The notes: generated by a model not told the origin, from the letters alone. DNA of 64,000 bases from Limisphaerales bacterium (GCA_044225505.1 JBGAIN010000019.1:1-64000), one strand, 5' to 3'. Positions 20,059 through 31,722 are shown, counted from the stretch's first letter. Made by a program: numbers and translations.

Positions 20059-21729
20059 CTACGGCTTGGGCGGCGATGCCGGGTGGGTCAGGCGATCAAT
20101 GTCCTGCTGATACCTTTCCTGTTCTTTAGTCTTGCCCAATTGCTCTGCCAAAGGCACGAGTTTGCGATAGAGTCCAAGCAAATCCGGATAATCGGGCACA
20201 GCTTGAATCAGTTCTTCGTACGCTCGAAAAGCCTCCTCGTTCTGACCGGTCGTTTCCCGTGCTTGGGCAAGCGTTAGATAAAGCCGCACTTTTTGTTGCC
20301 TCGAGGGTCCGCGCTGAAGCGCCTCCCGATACTTAGCAGCCGCCTCATCCCATTGTGCCTTTAAATAGTAGAGATCCCCAAGCTTCTCCAAAAGCACCGA
20401 GCTCTCGCGCGTCTCTGAGGTTGTCTCCAAGTATTCGATGAGCTTGTCCGCGGGCATCCCTGTCGTCAGATTCAAATTCACCACTTTCAAGTGCGACCAT
20501 TCCACTAGTTTGCTCTTACGACGCAGCAAGTCTTGGTGAAGTTCCAGAGACGGCCGAGCAATGGGTCGGTAAAGAGGGTCCCCTACGACTGTCGTCTGCC
20601 AGGAGAACGCATTCTGACAAGCCGACGCGGCCTCCCCAAAAGTGAAACCAAAGTAAAGCAGGCGAAGGACAAAAGTGACGACATCAGGAGTTCCCTCCAA
20701 ATAAGGCTCCTCGACACAGCCCATGGTGATGGTTGCTCCTTTGGCGATCAGCGGCCCAACCCAGTTCGCAGTGGTGGAGCGAATGGTTTGAGCACTGAAC
20801 GAATGAAGGTGGTACGCAAAAGCGCCTGGCATGAACTCCACCTCGGGGAGTGTAAATGGCCCGGAGACATTGGGGTCGTACCAGCCCGCATAAATGGCAA
20901 TGTGACTCATAGGAAATGACACGGGCAACGTAGCCATTTCCTGGTCGAGAACGGTGTCGAACCCCAGTCGTCGAGTCACCTGCGAGGCGCCTCGGATCCA
21001 ATCGTCGCCCAGTTTGTAGCTCGAGTTGGTGAAACCTCTGGAATCAAAATAGGCCCGTCCCCAAAGACCGTCCCCTTCCGCTTGAATGGCTTTGTCAACC
21101 AGACCGCGAGCCAACTCTACGGTCGGCCCGTCCAATCGGCCGACGACGAGAATTCCATTGGTAGGGGACAACCCAGCAGTATTGGTGACGCCGTAGGCCC
21201 GGTTCGGGATCGCCGCGGTCAGGTGCGGCTTAAACCAAATCACGGGTAAAAGGGCCAATTCGCTATCGACCGCCGCGTCATTCCGTTTCAGTTCAGGCCT
21301 CACCTTGTCCAGGCCGTCCTCGGCCAGCTTTGGGTCATTGAGAATTTTGAGTGGAACTCCGTAGCAAAGAGTCGCGTAACGGATCTTTGCCTCGACCGGA
21401 AATTCGTTCGTAGCGTTTTTGTTATGGCGTTTTCCACTTCCCGAGTAGACCCACCAGCGGTTGTCACGCATCTTTTTTAAAAGCGGTTGCGCCAACCGGT
21501 CATCATACTCGTTCCGCGACATAGTCTCCGAGTTCGGCAGGTCTAAACCGCAAAGGCGGTCATTTGGAATCTGTCGGCGTTGTGCATAGTATTCCGCCAG
21601 GCTCTTTGACTCCGCCAGATTCCGATTATAGACGACGACAACCTGATCGTTGAGCCCAGCGGCGCGGAGCACGCCTTCCGAAAACGCCAGCACGCCGACA
21701 ATCGCGATCCAGTTCAGCACGAGTTTCAT
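20059..21729 (-). CDS. TIGR03790-like exported protein with C-terminal TPR repeats
   Basis: Signal peptide; VVVVYN, AAVDSEL, RLDGP, PGAFAYHLHSFSA, GCVEEPYL, VGDPLYRP; TPR-like tail. Confidence 0.75.
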   Translation of the reverse strand: MKLVLNWIAIVGVLAFSEGVLRAAGLNDQVVVVYNRNLAESKSLAEYYAQRRQIPNDRLCGLDLPNSETMSRNEYDDRLAQPLLKKMRDNRWWVYSGSGKRHNKNATNEFPVEAKIRYATLCYGVPLKILNDPKLAEDGLDKVRPELKRNDAAVDSELALLPVIWFKPHLTAAIPNRAYGVTNTAGLSPTNGILVVGRLDGPTVELARGLVDKAIQAEGDGLWGRAYFDSRGFTNSSYKLGDDWIRGASQVTRRLGFDTVLDQEMATLPVSFPMSHIAIYAGWYDPNVSGPFTLPEVEFMPGAFAYHLHSFSAQTIRSTTANWVGPLIAKGATITMGCVEEPYLEGTPDVVTFVLRLLYFGFTFGEAASACQNAFSWQTTVVGDPLYRPIARPSLELHQDLLRRKSKLVEWSHLKVVNLNLTTGMPADKLIEYLETTSETRESSVLLEKLGDLYYLKAQWDEAAAKYREALQRGPSRQQKVRLYLTLAQARETTGQNEEAFRAYEELIQAVPDYPDLLGLYRKLVPLAEQLGKTKEQERYQQDIDRLTHPASPPKP

Positions 21730-21796
21730 CAGCCCTTCAAACTTCGCATTCTTCCGTCGGCTTCGAAGAGGGGTTCCGGTTTAGATCACCCCGTTC

Positions 21797-22582
21797 TCAG
21801 ACGCTTGACGTGACCCTTAGCCCATCGTATGCGAATTCCACACCTGGAGGCATCTCCGCTTGATCGACATCATGGTCATAGTCATGGGTCAAATGGGTAA
21901 AAAGTGTGCGCGGGGCGCCAATCCGACGGGCGACGGTCAGCGCTTCGTCCAAACACATGTGGGTCCAGTGAGGTTCGCGCCGGAGGGCATCGAGAACCAC
22001 CACCTCACACCCTTGGACTTGTTCAATCACCGCCTCAGGAACCTCTTTACAGTCACTCATATACGCCAAGCGCTTCTTACCGTTCTGCTGAAACAAATAA
22101 CCGGTAACCCAGATCGCCCCATGGGGCAAGGCGAGCGGAATAACCTCCAGATCTCCTAACCGAAACGGACCTTCCACCAAGTGCGGTTCAGGGGCAAAGT
22201 AGCCTTTAGGGATTGGACCGGACTTGAACGCGTAAGCAAAAATCCGCTGCAAGTCCGTCATCGTCTGAGGATTCGCGTAAATAGGAAGAGGTCCATTGCG
22301 GAGATCGCAAAACCGACGACAGTCATCCAACCCCATGACATGATCGGCATGAGCGTGGGTAAACAAAACCGCATCCAGCCAGCGAATCTGCTCCCGGAGA
22401 CATTGGACGCGAAACTCCGGCGTTGTGTCGACCACGAGCTTCACCTGTTCGGTCGCTATATAAACGGACGGACGCGTTCGGTGATTCTTAGGATTGGCCA
22501 GAAAACTCGCAGGGTATTCTTTGCCGATCACCGGCACTCCCTGCGAGGTTCCTGATCCGAGAAAAACGAGTTCAAAGGGCAT
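21797..22582 (-). CDS. PhnP-like metallo-beta-lactamase fold hydrolase
   Basis: [26 protein letters not shown]. Confidence 0.88.
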   Translation of the reverse strand: MPFELVFLGSGTSQGVPVIGKEYPASFLANPKNHRTRPSVYIATEQVKLVVDTTPEFRVQCLREQIRWLDAVLFTHAHADHVMGLDDCRRFCDLRNGPLPIYANPQTMTDLQRIFAYAFKSGPIPKGYFAPEPHLVEGPFRLGDLEVIPLALPHGAIWVTGYLFQQNGKKRLAYMSDCKEVPEAVIEQVQGCEVVVLDALRREPHWTHMCLDEALTVARRIGAPRTLFTHLTHDYDHDVDQAEMPPGVEFAYDGLRVTSSV

Positions 22583-22689
22583 CGGCCCCTGTTTTATGCC
22601 CGTGGTCGGGCAGCTTGTCAAAACTCGCCCACACTTTCTTTTTGCGGAAGCGGCTCGAAAACGGCACAGTGCCCCGGCACAAATTACAC

Positions 22690-24366
22690 ATGTTGACGAC
22701 ACTGCGGATCAAGAACTTGGCCCTGGTGGCGGACCTCACGCTTGAACTTCGCCCCGGTTATAACGTCATTACGGGCGAGACCGGCGCGGGCAAGTCGATC
22801 CTGATCGGAGGGCTCAACTTAGTTCTTGGCCAGCGCGCCGATCGGAACTCGATTCGAAGTGGCAGCGAAAGTTGCTCGGTCGAGGCCGTTTTTGAGATCG
22901 GCAACCTTAAGTCCCGTCTTAATGCCCTGCTCGATGAGAGCGGGTTAGAACCCTGCAACGAGGATGGAATAATACTCAAAAGGACGTTTTCCCAGACCGG
23001 CACGAACCGGCAGTTCGTCAATGGCTCCCCGGCAACACTCCAGGTCCTGCAACAGATTGGAGAATGGCTGGTGGATATTCACGGGCCTCACGATCATCAA
23101 TCGCTTCTCCACACAACAAGGCAACTTGAGGTCGTCGACGCCTTTGGAAGTCTGCAACCGCAGCGCGAACGGTTTGCAGAATTACTCCGCCGTCGCCATG
23201 GTCTGGAAGCCGAAAAACGCGCGTTGATCGTCGACGAAAAGACATTCGCCCAGCAACTCGACCTGCTCCGATTCCAGGTCAACGAAATCACATCCGCCCA
23301 TCTGGCGGACACGGACGAAGCGGAATTGCAGGAAGAGTTCCGCCGGGCGAGCAACGCCGCGCGACTCCTGCAGCTCAGTCAAACAATTCTCAGCCTGTTG
23401 GCCGAGGAAGAGCATTCGGTTTTGGCGCAAGCTGCTCGGCTGGGCCGAACGCTCCAGGAGCTGCAGAAGGTGGATTCAGGCACCTCCGCTTTCATGGAAC
23501 TGCACGAAAACGCACTGAGTTCGTTGCAGGACTTGCAGCGTCAACTCGTGACCTACGCCGATGGGCTTGAGATCGACCCGGCACAATACCAGGAGTTGGA
23601 AGATCGCCTGAACCTCATTCAAGGATTAAAGCGTAAATATGGATCTTCGTTGGCCGACGTCATCGCGTTCGGAGTCGGCGCGCGCGCGAAGATGACTAGC
23701 CTGGAGCAGCGCGATACGGAACTGATTCGGCTAAACCTCGCGCTGGAGCAGAATCAAAAAGAACTCCAGCGGGCGGGCGAAGACCTTACCAAACAGCGCC
23801 TCAAAGTGCTACCGAAGCTGAGCAAGGTCGTCAGTAAACAACTGGCTGATCTGGGGTTTCGCCAGAGTCACTTTGACATCGCTCTAACCGGCATCGGCAG
23901 CGATCCAAAGACCGCCGGGGCATGGTCTCCGTCCGGGATGGACGCGATCGAGTTTCTGTTCGCGCCAAATCCGGGCGAAACGCCTCGACCTCTCCGAGCC
24001 ATTGCCTCTTCAGGGGAACTCGCTAGAGTTATGCTCGCCTTGAAAACAGTCCTGGCAGATGAGGACGCCGTTCCTGTCTTGGTCTTTGATGAAGTAGATG
24101 CGAATATCGGAGGGGAAACAGCGCGCGCGGTAGGAGAAAAAATGTGTCAGATCGCGAAACAACATCAAGTCGTCTGCATCACGCATCTGGCCGCCGTAGC
24201 GGCCCCGGCCCATGCCCATTTCGTCGTCAGCAAGGAGACGCAGCAAGGTCGGACACTCACCCAACTCCAGCTCTTAAAAGGCCCCGCCCGCATCACGGAA
24301 CTCGCCCGAATGTTGGGTGGACAGTCTGAAGCTGCGCGGAAACACGCCGAAGAGCTGCTTCGCTAA
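22690..24366 (+). CDS. recN: DNA repair protein RecN
   Basis: [41 protein letters not shown]. Confidence 0.96.
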   Translation: MLTTLRIKNLALVADLTLELRPGYNVITGETGAGKSILIGGLNLVLGQRADRNSIRSGSESCSVEAVFEIGNLKSRLNALLDESGLEPCNEDGIILKRTFSQTGTNRQFVNGSPATLQVLQQIGEWLVDIHGPHDHQSLLHTTRQLEVVDAFGSLQPQRERFAELLRRRHGLEAEKRALIVDEKTFAQQLDLLRFQVNEITSAHLADTDEAELQEEFRRASNAARLLQLSQTILSLLAEEEHSVLAQAARLGRTLQELQKVDSGTSAFMELHENALSSLQDLQRQLVTYADGLEIDPAQYQELEDRLNLIQGLKRKYGSSLADVIAFGVGARAKMTSLEQRDTELIRLNLALEQNQKELQRAGEDLTKQRLKVLPKLSKVVSKQLADLGFRQSHFDIALTGIGSDPKTAGAWSPSGMDAIEFLFAPNPGETPRPLRAIASSGELARVMLALKTVLADEDAVPVLVFDEVDANIGGETARAVGEKMCQIAKQHQVVCITHLAAVAAPAHAHFVVSKETQQGRTLTQLQLLKGPARITELARMLGGQSEAARKHAEELLR

Positions 24367-24663
24367 CCCACGAGATTTTGGACCTGGATAGCTGGCACAA
24401 TGATCAGAAATCCGGCGTAGTCCTGATTAACCCGTCTTTGATTGGCATCTTGGTTGCCCCAAGCATTCAGAGAGAGAGGCTTGCAACAGCAACACTCCAT
24501 CGCGTTGGGTGAAGTGCGTCCAGCCACCACCCCGCTCCACTTCCCGGTCGCGTCATAGATCCGCGACACCAAAGCGCTGTCTGATCGCAGGTGTCGTCCT
24601 GGTTTCGAAACCCAGACCCCAGAATTCCAAGTTGCGCAGAACTCACCCCTTTCGTATGGTGCC

Positions 24664-26709
24664 ATGCACGTGAGAGTTCCCATTCTTCTTTTCATTGCGT
24701 GTGCGCTCAATTCCCTCACCGACGCAGCTGCGCCTCCACCCAGCATTGCCCGCGTCTGGAACGAAGAGATCCTAGCGGCGATTCGCATCGATCTTCCTCA
24801 TCCGCCAGTTCACGCACGGAACCTCTTTCATTTTTCTGTGGCGGTCTACGACGCATGGGCCGCTTACGATCAGTCTGCGGTCGGTTACCTCTACCACGAA
24901 AAACACCTCGCCGCTGACGTCGCGGCGGCTAGGCGCGAAGCGATCAGCCACGCGGCATACCGTTTTCTAACAGAGCGCTATGCTCTCTCCCGAAATGCCG
25001 CAAAAACTTTGGCCGCGTTAGATGAGCGAATGGCAGCACTCGGCTACGATAAGGGAAATGTATCACTGGATCCTCGCACGCCAGCGGGAGTGGGTAATCG
25101 TGTGGCCCTGGCCATTTCCGCCTATTCTCTTGAAGACGGCGCACTGCAGACCCGGAGCTATCAGGACTTTCCTGTTGCGTTAGGGGGATACGCTGCGGTT
25201 AATCCGCCATTGCTGACGCTGGCAAGTGGCACGTTGGCAGTCGACGTTAACCGGTGGCAGCCGCTGGCCTTCACGAACGCCGTCAGCCAAAATAACATTC
25301 CGGTAGAACTGATTCAAAAGTTTCTCGGTGCGCAATGGTTGGGAGTCCGACCGTTTGCGTTGCGCCGCAGACAGTCGAGTTTGCCATGGCTGGACCCCGG
25401 CCCGCCGCCGCATTTGGGTGAGGGAAACGATGAAAAGTTCCAAACCAATGTGGTGGAAGTGCTTCGTCGCAGTAGTGAATTGACCGTGGACGACGGGGTG
25501 ACGATGGATATTTCGCCGGGTGCCTTCGGCAATAACACTCTTGGGAACAATGACGGCATCGGGCACGCGACGAATCCTGCGACCGCGCTCCCCTATCCTC
25601 CAAATCTCGTTAAGCGGGGCGACTATGCCCGCGTTCTGGCGGAGTTTTGGGCCGATGGTCCAAACTCAGAAACGCCGCCTGGCCACTGGAACACGCTTGC
25701 GAATGCCGTTAGTGACAACCCGTTGTTCGAACGTCGCATTGGAGGAACAGGCCCAACTCTGGAGAACCTGGAATGGGACGTGAAGCTTTACTTTGCACTG
25801 AACGGAGCTCTCCATGACGCCGCTTGCGCTGCATGGTCGCTCAAGCGCTACTACGATGGGTGGCGTCCCATTGAGGCGGTTCGCTTCATGGGGCAGCGCG
25901 GGCAATCGTCCTTCCCCGAGCAACCAACCTATGACCGTCGTGGATTGCCCATTGTGCCAGATCTAATTGAGGTAGTGACAACGACAACTGCAAAACTCAA
26001 CGGTCGGCATTCAGGCCTTCCTGTGGGGGCCGTCGTCATCCGCTCCTGGGCGGGACAACCAGCCGATCCAAGCACTCAAACAGGCGGTGTGCGCTGGATC
26101 TTGGCTGCTAATTGGCTGCCGTTTCAAAAGCGAACGTTTGTGACGCCCGCGTTTCCCGGATATATTTCCGGTCACAGCACTTTCAGCCGCGCCGCAGCTG
26201 AAGTTCTGACTGCCATGACTGGCTCGCCGTTTTTTCCAGGTGGGCTGGGCGTTTTCACGGCCCAAGGCGGGACATACCTCAGCTTTGAGAAAGGGCCGTC
26301 AGAGACTGTGCAACTGCAGTGGGGAACTTACTTTGACGCTGCAGATCAAGCTGGACTTTCCCGCATTTGGGGAGGAATTCACCCGCCCATCGATGACTTG
26401 ACCGGACGCCGCATCGGTTCGGTCTGCGGGCGCGAAGCCTGGATGTTAGCGCAGAAGTACTTTGACGGATCGCTGCTTAACGCCGAACCAATCCTTACGA
26501 TCAGTCATGCCAATCATGGTGGATGCGAGGTGAGCTTTGCCACAATTCGCGGTTTGACCTACACCCTGGAGAGCACGACGGACCTGGGACGGCCGTTTGT
26601 TACCGTCGAATCGACGTCCTTTCAGGCCGTCGAAACCACGTTCACTCGCACCGATCCGGCTCTCGGCAGGGCCACATTCTATAGGCTAGTGCGAACGCCA
26701 TCGCTTTAA
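24664..26709 (+). CDS. Secreted vanadium-dependent haloperoxidase (PAP2 superfamily)
   Basis: Signal peptide; KRYYDGWRP, PGYISGHS and SRIWGGIH vanadate-pocket motifs; EFWADGP. Confidence 0.82.
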   Translation: MHVRVPILLFIACALNSLTDAAAPPPSIARVWNEEILAAIRIDLPHPPVHARNLFHFSVAVYDAWAAYDQSAVGYLYHEKHLAADVAAARREAISHAAYRFLTERYALSRNAAKTLAALDERMAALGYDKGNVSLDPRTPAGVGNRVALAISAYSLEDGALQTRSYQDFPVALGGYAAVNPPLLTLASGTLAVDVNRWQPLAFTNAVSQNNIPVELIQKFLGAQWLGVRPFALRRRQSSLPWLDPGPPPHLGEGNDEKFQTNVVEVLRRSSELTVDDGVTMDISPGAFGNNTLGNNDGIGHATNPATALPYPPNLVKRGDYARVLAEFWADGPNSETPPGHWNTLANAVSDNPLFERRIGGTGPTLENLEWDVKLYFALNGALHDAACAAWSLKRYYDGWRPIEAVRFMGQRGQSSFPEQPTYDRRGLPIVPDLIEVVTTTTAKLNGRHSGLPVGAVVIRSWAGQPADPSTQTGGVRWILAANWLPFQKRTFVTPAFPGYISGHSTFSRAAAEVLTAMTGSPFFPGGLGVFTAQGGTYLSFEKGPSETVQLQWGTYFDAADQAGLSRIWGGIHPPIDDLTGRRIGSVCGREAWMLAQKYFDGSLLNAEPILTISHANHGGCEVSFATIRGLTYTLESTTDLGRPFVTVESTSFQAVETTFTRTDPALGRATFYRLVRTPSL

Positions 26710-26746
26710 GCATGCGTGTTTGGTGTCTCTGCGGACTTAACGCTTT

Positions 26747-27829
26747 TCAGGCGTCTTTCTTGAAAAGGTAGGCAGCATCAACCAGGCGACTCCCGCTCTC
26801 GCCGGTATTAACGGCGTAGCGAGCGCCACTCCAAACGCTCGCACCACCAAACTCGCCACGCTTTGTGATGGCGTAAAAGGACACGTCAAACTTGGGGCGT
26901 CCCTGCTCGTCCAGCAGTCGCTTCATCTTAGTCTGTGCCGCAATTCTTCGGCAGGCTAGCAAGCAAGCATCTTCTGGCGATTTGCCCTGTCGCATAAACT
27001 CAACGATCAACACGCTACTACACGCCAAGAGATTCGCTTCTCCGCGACCTGTTGAGCCTGCAGCGCCGACTTCATTATCAACGTAGAGGCCCGCCCCAAG
27101 GATTGGCGAATCACCGACGCGACCGGGGATCTTAAAGGCGAGTCCGCTAGTCGTCGTGCACCCGGATACACCGCCCCGGAGATCGACCGCGTCGCAGTTG
27201 ATCGTTCCGTGATGGCGCAACACCGCTTTCAAGTTCATCGAGATATTCTTGGTCTCAATATCATGAGGAGGCAGCCAATCGTCCGTGTTGCTTAACGTCT
27301 CTTTCCACTGCAACCAAGTCTTACGAGACGATTCCGTGAGCAGATCCTCTTCTTTAAATCCATGGGCCTTCGCGAAACGCAATGCGCCTGCTCCAACCAG
27401 CAATACATGGTCGCTTCGCTCCATGACTAACTGGGCGACCTTGGACGGATTCCGAATATTCTGCAGCGCCGCAACACACCCTCCACGGCCGGTCGGTCCG
27501 TGCATCACGGAGGCGTCCAATTCCACGACTCCATCTTCATTAGGTAAACCTCCGTAACCGACGCTGTTGTCGTTCGGATCGTCTTCAACCAGGTTTACGC
27601 CGGCAATCACCGCGTCAAGTGCGTCCGCTCCATTCTGAATCATCTGCATGGCTTTCGCCGTCGCTTGCAAGCCGTTGCCGCTGGAGATGACAACGGGCTT
27701 GTTCGCGCCAGCTGGCGCGGCCCTCAGAATTTTGGGAGCGCCGCTGCCCAGCACAGAAGCAAACCCCAAGGCCATCGTAGATTGACAGAAATGGCGGCGC
27801 GTTACGGTCGATTTCTTGGAACGGAACAT
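26747..27829 (-). CDS. Tat-exported glycosylasparaginase / type-2 asparaginase (Ntn hydrolase)
   Basis: TRRHF signal; SVGYGGLPN, G-T209 nucleophile, TTSGLAFKIPGRVGDSPI. Confidence 0.88.
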   Translation of the reverse strand: MFRSKKSTVTRRHFCQSTMALGFASVLGSGAPKILRAAPAGANKPVVISSGNGLQATAKAMQMIQNGADALDAVIAGVNLVEDDPNDNSVGYGGLPNEDGVVELDASVMHGPTGRGGCVAALQNIRNPSKVAQLVMERSDHVLLVGAGALRFAKAHGFKEEDLLTESSRKTWLQWKETLSNTDDWLPPHDIETKNISMNLKAVLRHHGTINCDAVDLRGGVSGCTTTSGLAFKIPGRVGDSPILGAGLYVDNEVGAAGSTGRGEANLLACSSVLIVEFMRQGKSPEDACLLACRRIAAQTKMKRLLDEQGRPKFDVSFYAITKRGEFGGASVWSGARYAVNTGESGSRLVDAAYLFKKDA

Positions 27830-28022
27830 AGTTCTTCGGAGTTTGCCGCTTCTTTCCCCGAATCGTCAAGGAATCGCACACGCTCGGCGTCTTACTCGCG
27901 AGAAGGCTTGAACGCGGCCACACTCGCATGGTCGCGTTCATCTAACCGGCGTGGACAGTTGACTTTCGTCAGACTCTGCCGTTTAGTACTGCGTAAGCAC
28001 CCTGGTACGCTCCGGGAACGGA

Positions 28023-28364
28023 ATGCACGAAATCAGTATTGTGCAAAGCACGTTGGATCTGGCCTTGCAGACCGCCAAAGCTTCCTCTGCCTCTCAGATC
28101 CTTACTCTTCATTTGCGCGTGGGCGTCATGACGGGCGTGGTGCCCGAAGCGTTGCAGTTTGCCTTTGATGCCTTGCGCGAAGGCACGATGGCCTCGGCGG
28201 CCCGCCTTGAAATCGAGACCGTAGCCGCGACGTCCTGGTGCTCAGGCTGCTTAGCGGAGTTCGAATCGATGCAGTGGCCTCACGCCTGTCCGCTATGCGG
28301 CAGCGTGGCCCCCGAACTCCGGCACGGTCTCGAGTTGGAATTGGTTTCACTGGAGGTGACTTAG
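28023..28364 (+). CDS. hypA: Nickel metallochaperone HypA
   Basis: MHE Ni motif; CxxC...CPxC; GLELEL. Confidence 0.93.
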   Translation: MHEISIVQSTLDLALQTAKASSASQILTLHLRVGVMTGVVPEALQFAFDALREGTMASAARLEIETVAATSWCSGCLAEFESMQWPHACPLCGSVAPELRHGLELELVSLEVT

Positions 28365-28366
28365 CT

Positions 28367-29215
28367 ATGTGCCTTGAATGCGGTTGCGGCCACCCAGGTG
28401 ACGTCGAAATCGATGCCACGCCAAAAGACCAAATTACTTCGCCACTCTTGAATACTACTCCTTCGAACAAGGGTCCCGGAGATTCGCCGTCTCCCCGTGA
28501 ACATCACTCGGGTCACGGTCACGCCCACGAACCGGAACACTCCGACCACAAAAGTAGCCCGGTAACTCTCGAGGTGCACCAATCTGTGCTGGCGAAGAAC
28601 GACCGCCTTGCGGAACGCAATCGGGGTTATTTCAAAGCCAAGGGCTTACTTGTTCTCAATATGGTCTCGGGGCCGGGCGCCGGGAAAACGACGCTCATCG
28701 AAATGACCGCACGAACACTTGGAGATCGCCTTCGGACAGGTGTCATCGTCGGCGATTTGGCCACAGACAACGATGCTTCGCGCCTTCGAAACGCTGGGGT
28801 TCCCGTAGTGCAAATTACGACGGGCACAGTTTGCCACTTGGAGGCCGAGATGGTAGCACGCGCGCTGACCCACCTTGATCTCGATTCGCTCGGGCTGCTG
28901 ATTATTGAGAATGTCGGCAACCTCGTTTGCCCGGCCGTCTACGATTTAGGCGAGGATCTCCGTGTCGTCTTGCTTTCGACTACCGAAGGCGAGGATAAGC
29001 CCCTCAAATATCCGCCCTTGTTTCATTCGGCACATGCGGCTGTAGTGACAAAGATGGACCTTGCGGAGGCGACCGGTTTCAAGCGCGATCAAGCATTAGC
29101 CAATTTAAGTCGGATTAGCCATCACGCGCAGCTTTTTGAAGTCTCAGCCCGAACCGGAGCGGGGATTGATCTCTGGTGCGATTACCTCATTTCCCACGCC
29201 GGTCGCGAAAGTTAG
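28367..29215 (+). CDS. hypB: Nickel insertion GTPase HypB
   Basis: MCLECGC, His-rich segment, [32 protein letters not shown]. Confidence 0.95.
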   Translation: MCLECGCGHPGDVEIDATPKDQITSPLLNTTPSNKGPGDSPSPREHHSGHGHAHEPEHSDHKSSPVTLEVHQSVLAKNDRLAERNRGYFKAKGLLVLNMVSGPGAGKTTLIEMTARTLGDRLRTGVIVGDLATDNDASRLRNAGVPVVQITTGTVCHLEAEMVARALTHLDLDSLGLLIIENVGNLVCPAVYDLGEDLRVVLLSTTEGEDKPLKYPPLFHSAHAAVVTKMDLAEATGFKRDQALANLSRISHHAQLFEVSARTGAGIDLWCDYLISHAGRES

Positions 29216-29332
29216 CCCGAAAAGTCCACCGACTCGCGTAAATCCGTTTGCGCCGCTTGCGCGCAGCTAGGTTCGCTCGTAAATTCTGCGCCAAGGAGCG
29301 CAATGCCTGCGGGTTTCAAGCGAAGGAAGATT

Positions 29333-30346
29333 ATGCCAGTTTCGACGACCGAACAATTGCCCGTCACGGACGAGCTTCCCACGCTGGGGAATGCCCCCGT
29401 CCTGAGAGTCTCGCACGGAATCGTGAACAGTTACATCGTTGGTCAACCGGGCACAGGTGCGTGGGCGTTGGTAGACACGGGGTTGGCTCCGACATCTGCA
29501 GCGTCTATCATCGGAACTGCGGCAAAGCGGTTCGGGCGCAACGTCGCACCAAGCGTGATCGTCCTCACGCATGGTCATTTCGATCACGTCGGGGGGATTT
29601 ATCAACTGCTCAATCGATGGGACACTCCTGTTTTCGCTCACGCGATGGAGCTCCCGTACCTAACGGGCCGGTCAGCTTATCCGCCTCCCGATCCAACGGT
29701 TGGGGGCGGATGCATGCCTCGAATGGCTTACCTGTTCCCTCGCAATCCGATTAACCTGGGAGCGCGGATTCAGGCCTTGCCCGACGACGGCGTCATTCCC
29801 GGAATGCCCGGCTGGCGCTGGGTGCATACTCCCGGTCATTCGCCGGGACATGTCTCCATTTTTCGATTCAGCGACAGAGTATTGCTCGCGGGCGACGCCT
29901 TTGTCACCGTAAGGCAGGAATCCCTTTGGGCAGTGTTGTCGCGCCGCCAACAGGTCAGTCGACCGCCAGCTTACTTCACACCAGACTGGGGTGCCGCGCA
30001 GCGATCATTGGAAACACTCCTCCGACTTCAGCCGGAAGTTGCGGGCACAGGACACGGTATTCCTATGTTTGGAGAACAATTGCGCGACCAACTCCGTGGA
30101 TTGGTGCTGACATTTGAGACCCGGTCCTTGCCCAGGCGCGGAAGATATGGAAATAAGCCGGCCATTATGGATGAAAAAGGGGTGCGTTCTTTGCCTCCGC
30201 CGGTTCCTGATTCATTTCCCAAAGTCGTCCTCGCCAGCGCCATGGGGCTGGCCATCACCGCACTTCTGATACGGTCCCGCACCGAGCGTGGGAGCGCTCG
30301 AGGGCTTCCAAAGCGGAAGCTTTCTTCAAACGAACCACACGGCTAA
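29333..30346 (+). CDS. MBL-fold metallo-hydrolase with C-terminal membrane anchor
   Basis: THGHFDHVG, HTPGHSPGH, GDA, GHG; hydrophobic C-terminal helix. Confidence 0.85.
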   Translation: MPVSTTEQLPVTDELPTLGNAPVLRVSHGIVNSYIVGQPGTGAWALVDTGLAPTSAASIIGTAAKRFGRNVAPSVIVLTHGHFDHVGGIYQLLNRWDTPVFAHAMELPYLTGRSAYPPPDPTVGGGCMPRMAYLFPRNPINLGARIQALPDDGVIPGMPGWRWVHTPGHSPGHVSIFRFSDRVLLAGDAFVTVRQESLWAVLSRRQQVSRPPAYFTPDWGAAQRSLETLLRLQPEVAGTGHGIPMFGEQLRDQLRGLVLTFETRSLPRRGRYGNKPAIMDEKGVRSLPPPVPDSFPKVVLASAMGLAITALLIRSRTERGSARGLPKRKLSSNEPHG

Positions 30347-31558
30347 TTATCCGTCGGCCGGGAGAAACCCCTCGCGGCGCAGGCGGCCCTGCAACAAGCT
30401 GATGTGATCGGGATCGCGGGTTTCAACAACGCAGCGAACTGTAACGGTCGTGATATCGTCGCTAGCGAATGCACGATCGTGCGTCACGTCGACAATGCTT
30501 CCACCTTCCTCCGCGATGAGATGAGCAAAACGAGCCAACCCGCCCGGCCGGTCGCTGATGGTCGTTGAAAAACGAAAGAGGCGCCCATCGTGCGCCAACC
30601 CACGTTCCAAGACGCGCCCGAGAATTGTGGTATCAATATTTCCGCCACACAACGGCAGAACCACATTCTTACCGACTAATTCAGGAAGCGCGCCGGCCAG
30701 GCAGGCGGCAAGCGGTGCTGCACCCGCCCCTTCAACGACGGCTTTTTCAAGTTCCACGAGACGAAGGATGGCTAAGGCAATATCCCGCTCCGAGACATTA
30801 ATCACCCGATCTACCACTCGACGGGCCAACTCAAATGCGTTCGAGCCGACCTGAGGAACAGCCAAACCATCGGCCAGGGTCGGTTTGATCTCGACCGGAA
30901 CGGGCCGATCGGCTGCCAAAGCCGCCGCGAAGCTGGCGGCACGGGCCGGTTCAACTCCGATAACTTGAACGTGCGGTTTGAGCGACTTGAGCGCCAAACC
31001 GACCCCGGCAACCAAGCCACCACCTCCAATTGGTACGATGACAGCCTCGACGTCAGGAACCTGCGCGGCGATTTCCAACCCCATTGTCCCCTGCCCTGCG
31101 ATGATCGCCAAATCGTCGAAACCATTGATGTAGGTCAGGCTGTGCTGGGCGACTGATTCGTCGGCCCTGGCGCGGGCCTCGGTAAGGTTTTCGCCGAATA
31201 AGATGACTTCAGCCCCCATCCGGCGGCAGTTGACCACTTTCGTAATCGGCGCGAACTTCGGCATCACGACAGTTGCTGGGATCCCAAGCAACCGAGCGTG
31301 GTAAGCCAATCCGAGAGCGTGGTTTCCAGCCGACGCTGCGATTACCCCTCTTCGACGTTGCTCAGGGTTCAGGAGCAACAGGGCGTTGCGAGCTCCTCGC
31401 TCCTTAAAGCTCCCCGTGCGCTGCAGATAGTCGAGCTTGCAGAATATGTTCATCCCGGTCGCCTCGGAGAGCGGGATAGACATGGGACAGGGAGATGTAA
31501 TGATCTGGCCGGCGATGCGTGTGGCGGCGGCTTGAATATCCTCAAACGTGGGGACCAT
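30347..31558 (-). CDS. ilvA: Threonine ammonia-lyase with C-terminal ACT domain
   Basis: TGSFKERG (PLP Lys), ASAGNHA, PIGGGGL, GGNID, DRPGGL ACT. Confidence 0.9.
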   Translation of the reverse strand: MVPTFEDIQAAATRIAGQIITSPCPMSIPLSEATGMNIFCKLDYLQRTGSFKERGARNALLLLNPEQRRRGVIAASAGNHALGLAYHARLLGIPATVVMPKFAPITKVVNCRRMGAEVILFGENLTEARARADESVAQHSLTYINGFDDLAIIAGQGTMGLEIAAQVPDVEAVIVPIGGGGLVAGVGLALKSLKPHVQVIGVEPARAASFAAALAADRPVPVEIKPTLADGLAVPQVGSNAFELARRVVDRVINVSERDIALAILRLVELEKAVVEGAGAAPLAACLAGALPELVGKNVVLPLCGGNIDTTILGRVLERGLAHDGRLFRFSTTISDRPGGLARFAHLIAEEGGSIVDVTHDRAFASDDITTVTVRCVVETRDPDHISLLQGRLRREGFLPADG

Positions 31559-31722
31559 AAAATGACGCTGTGCCAAGGTAACGGCTCTCCCTAAGAATTG
31601 ACAGGCTCGTGTTGATTGGAGCGTGGTTTGGTCAATCGAGAATCGGGAACCGGCATGAGCACGGTGGGGAAGCTGACGTTTCCGGATTGCTCAGCTCTCG
31701 TTTCCTGCTACCAGTTGAAGAT

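Noticed and set aside
27200..27215. Gly-Thr rather than Asp-Thr autocleavage site in the asparaginase
   Set aside because: G-T junctions are normal in type-2 asparaginases
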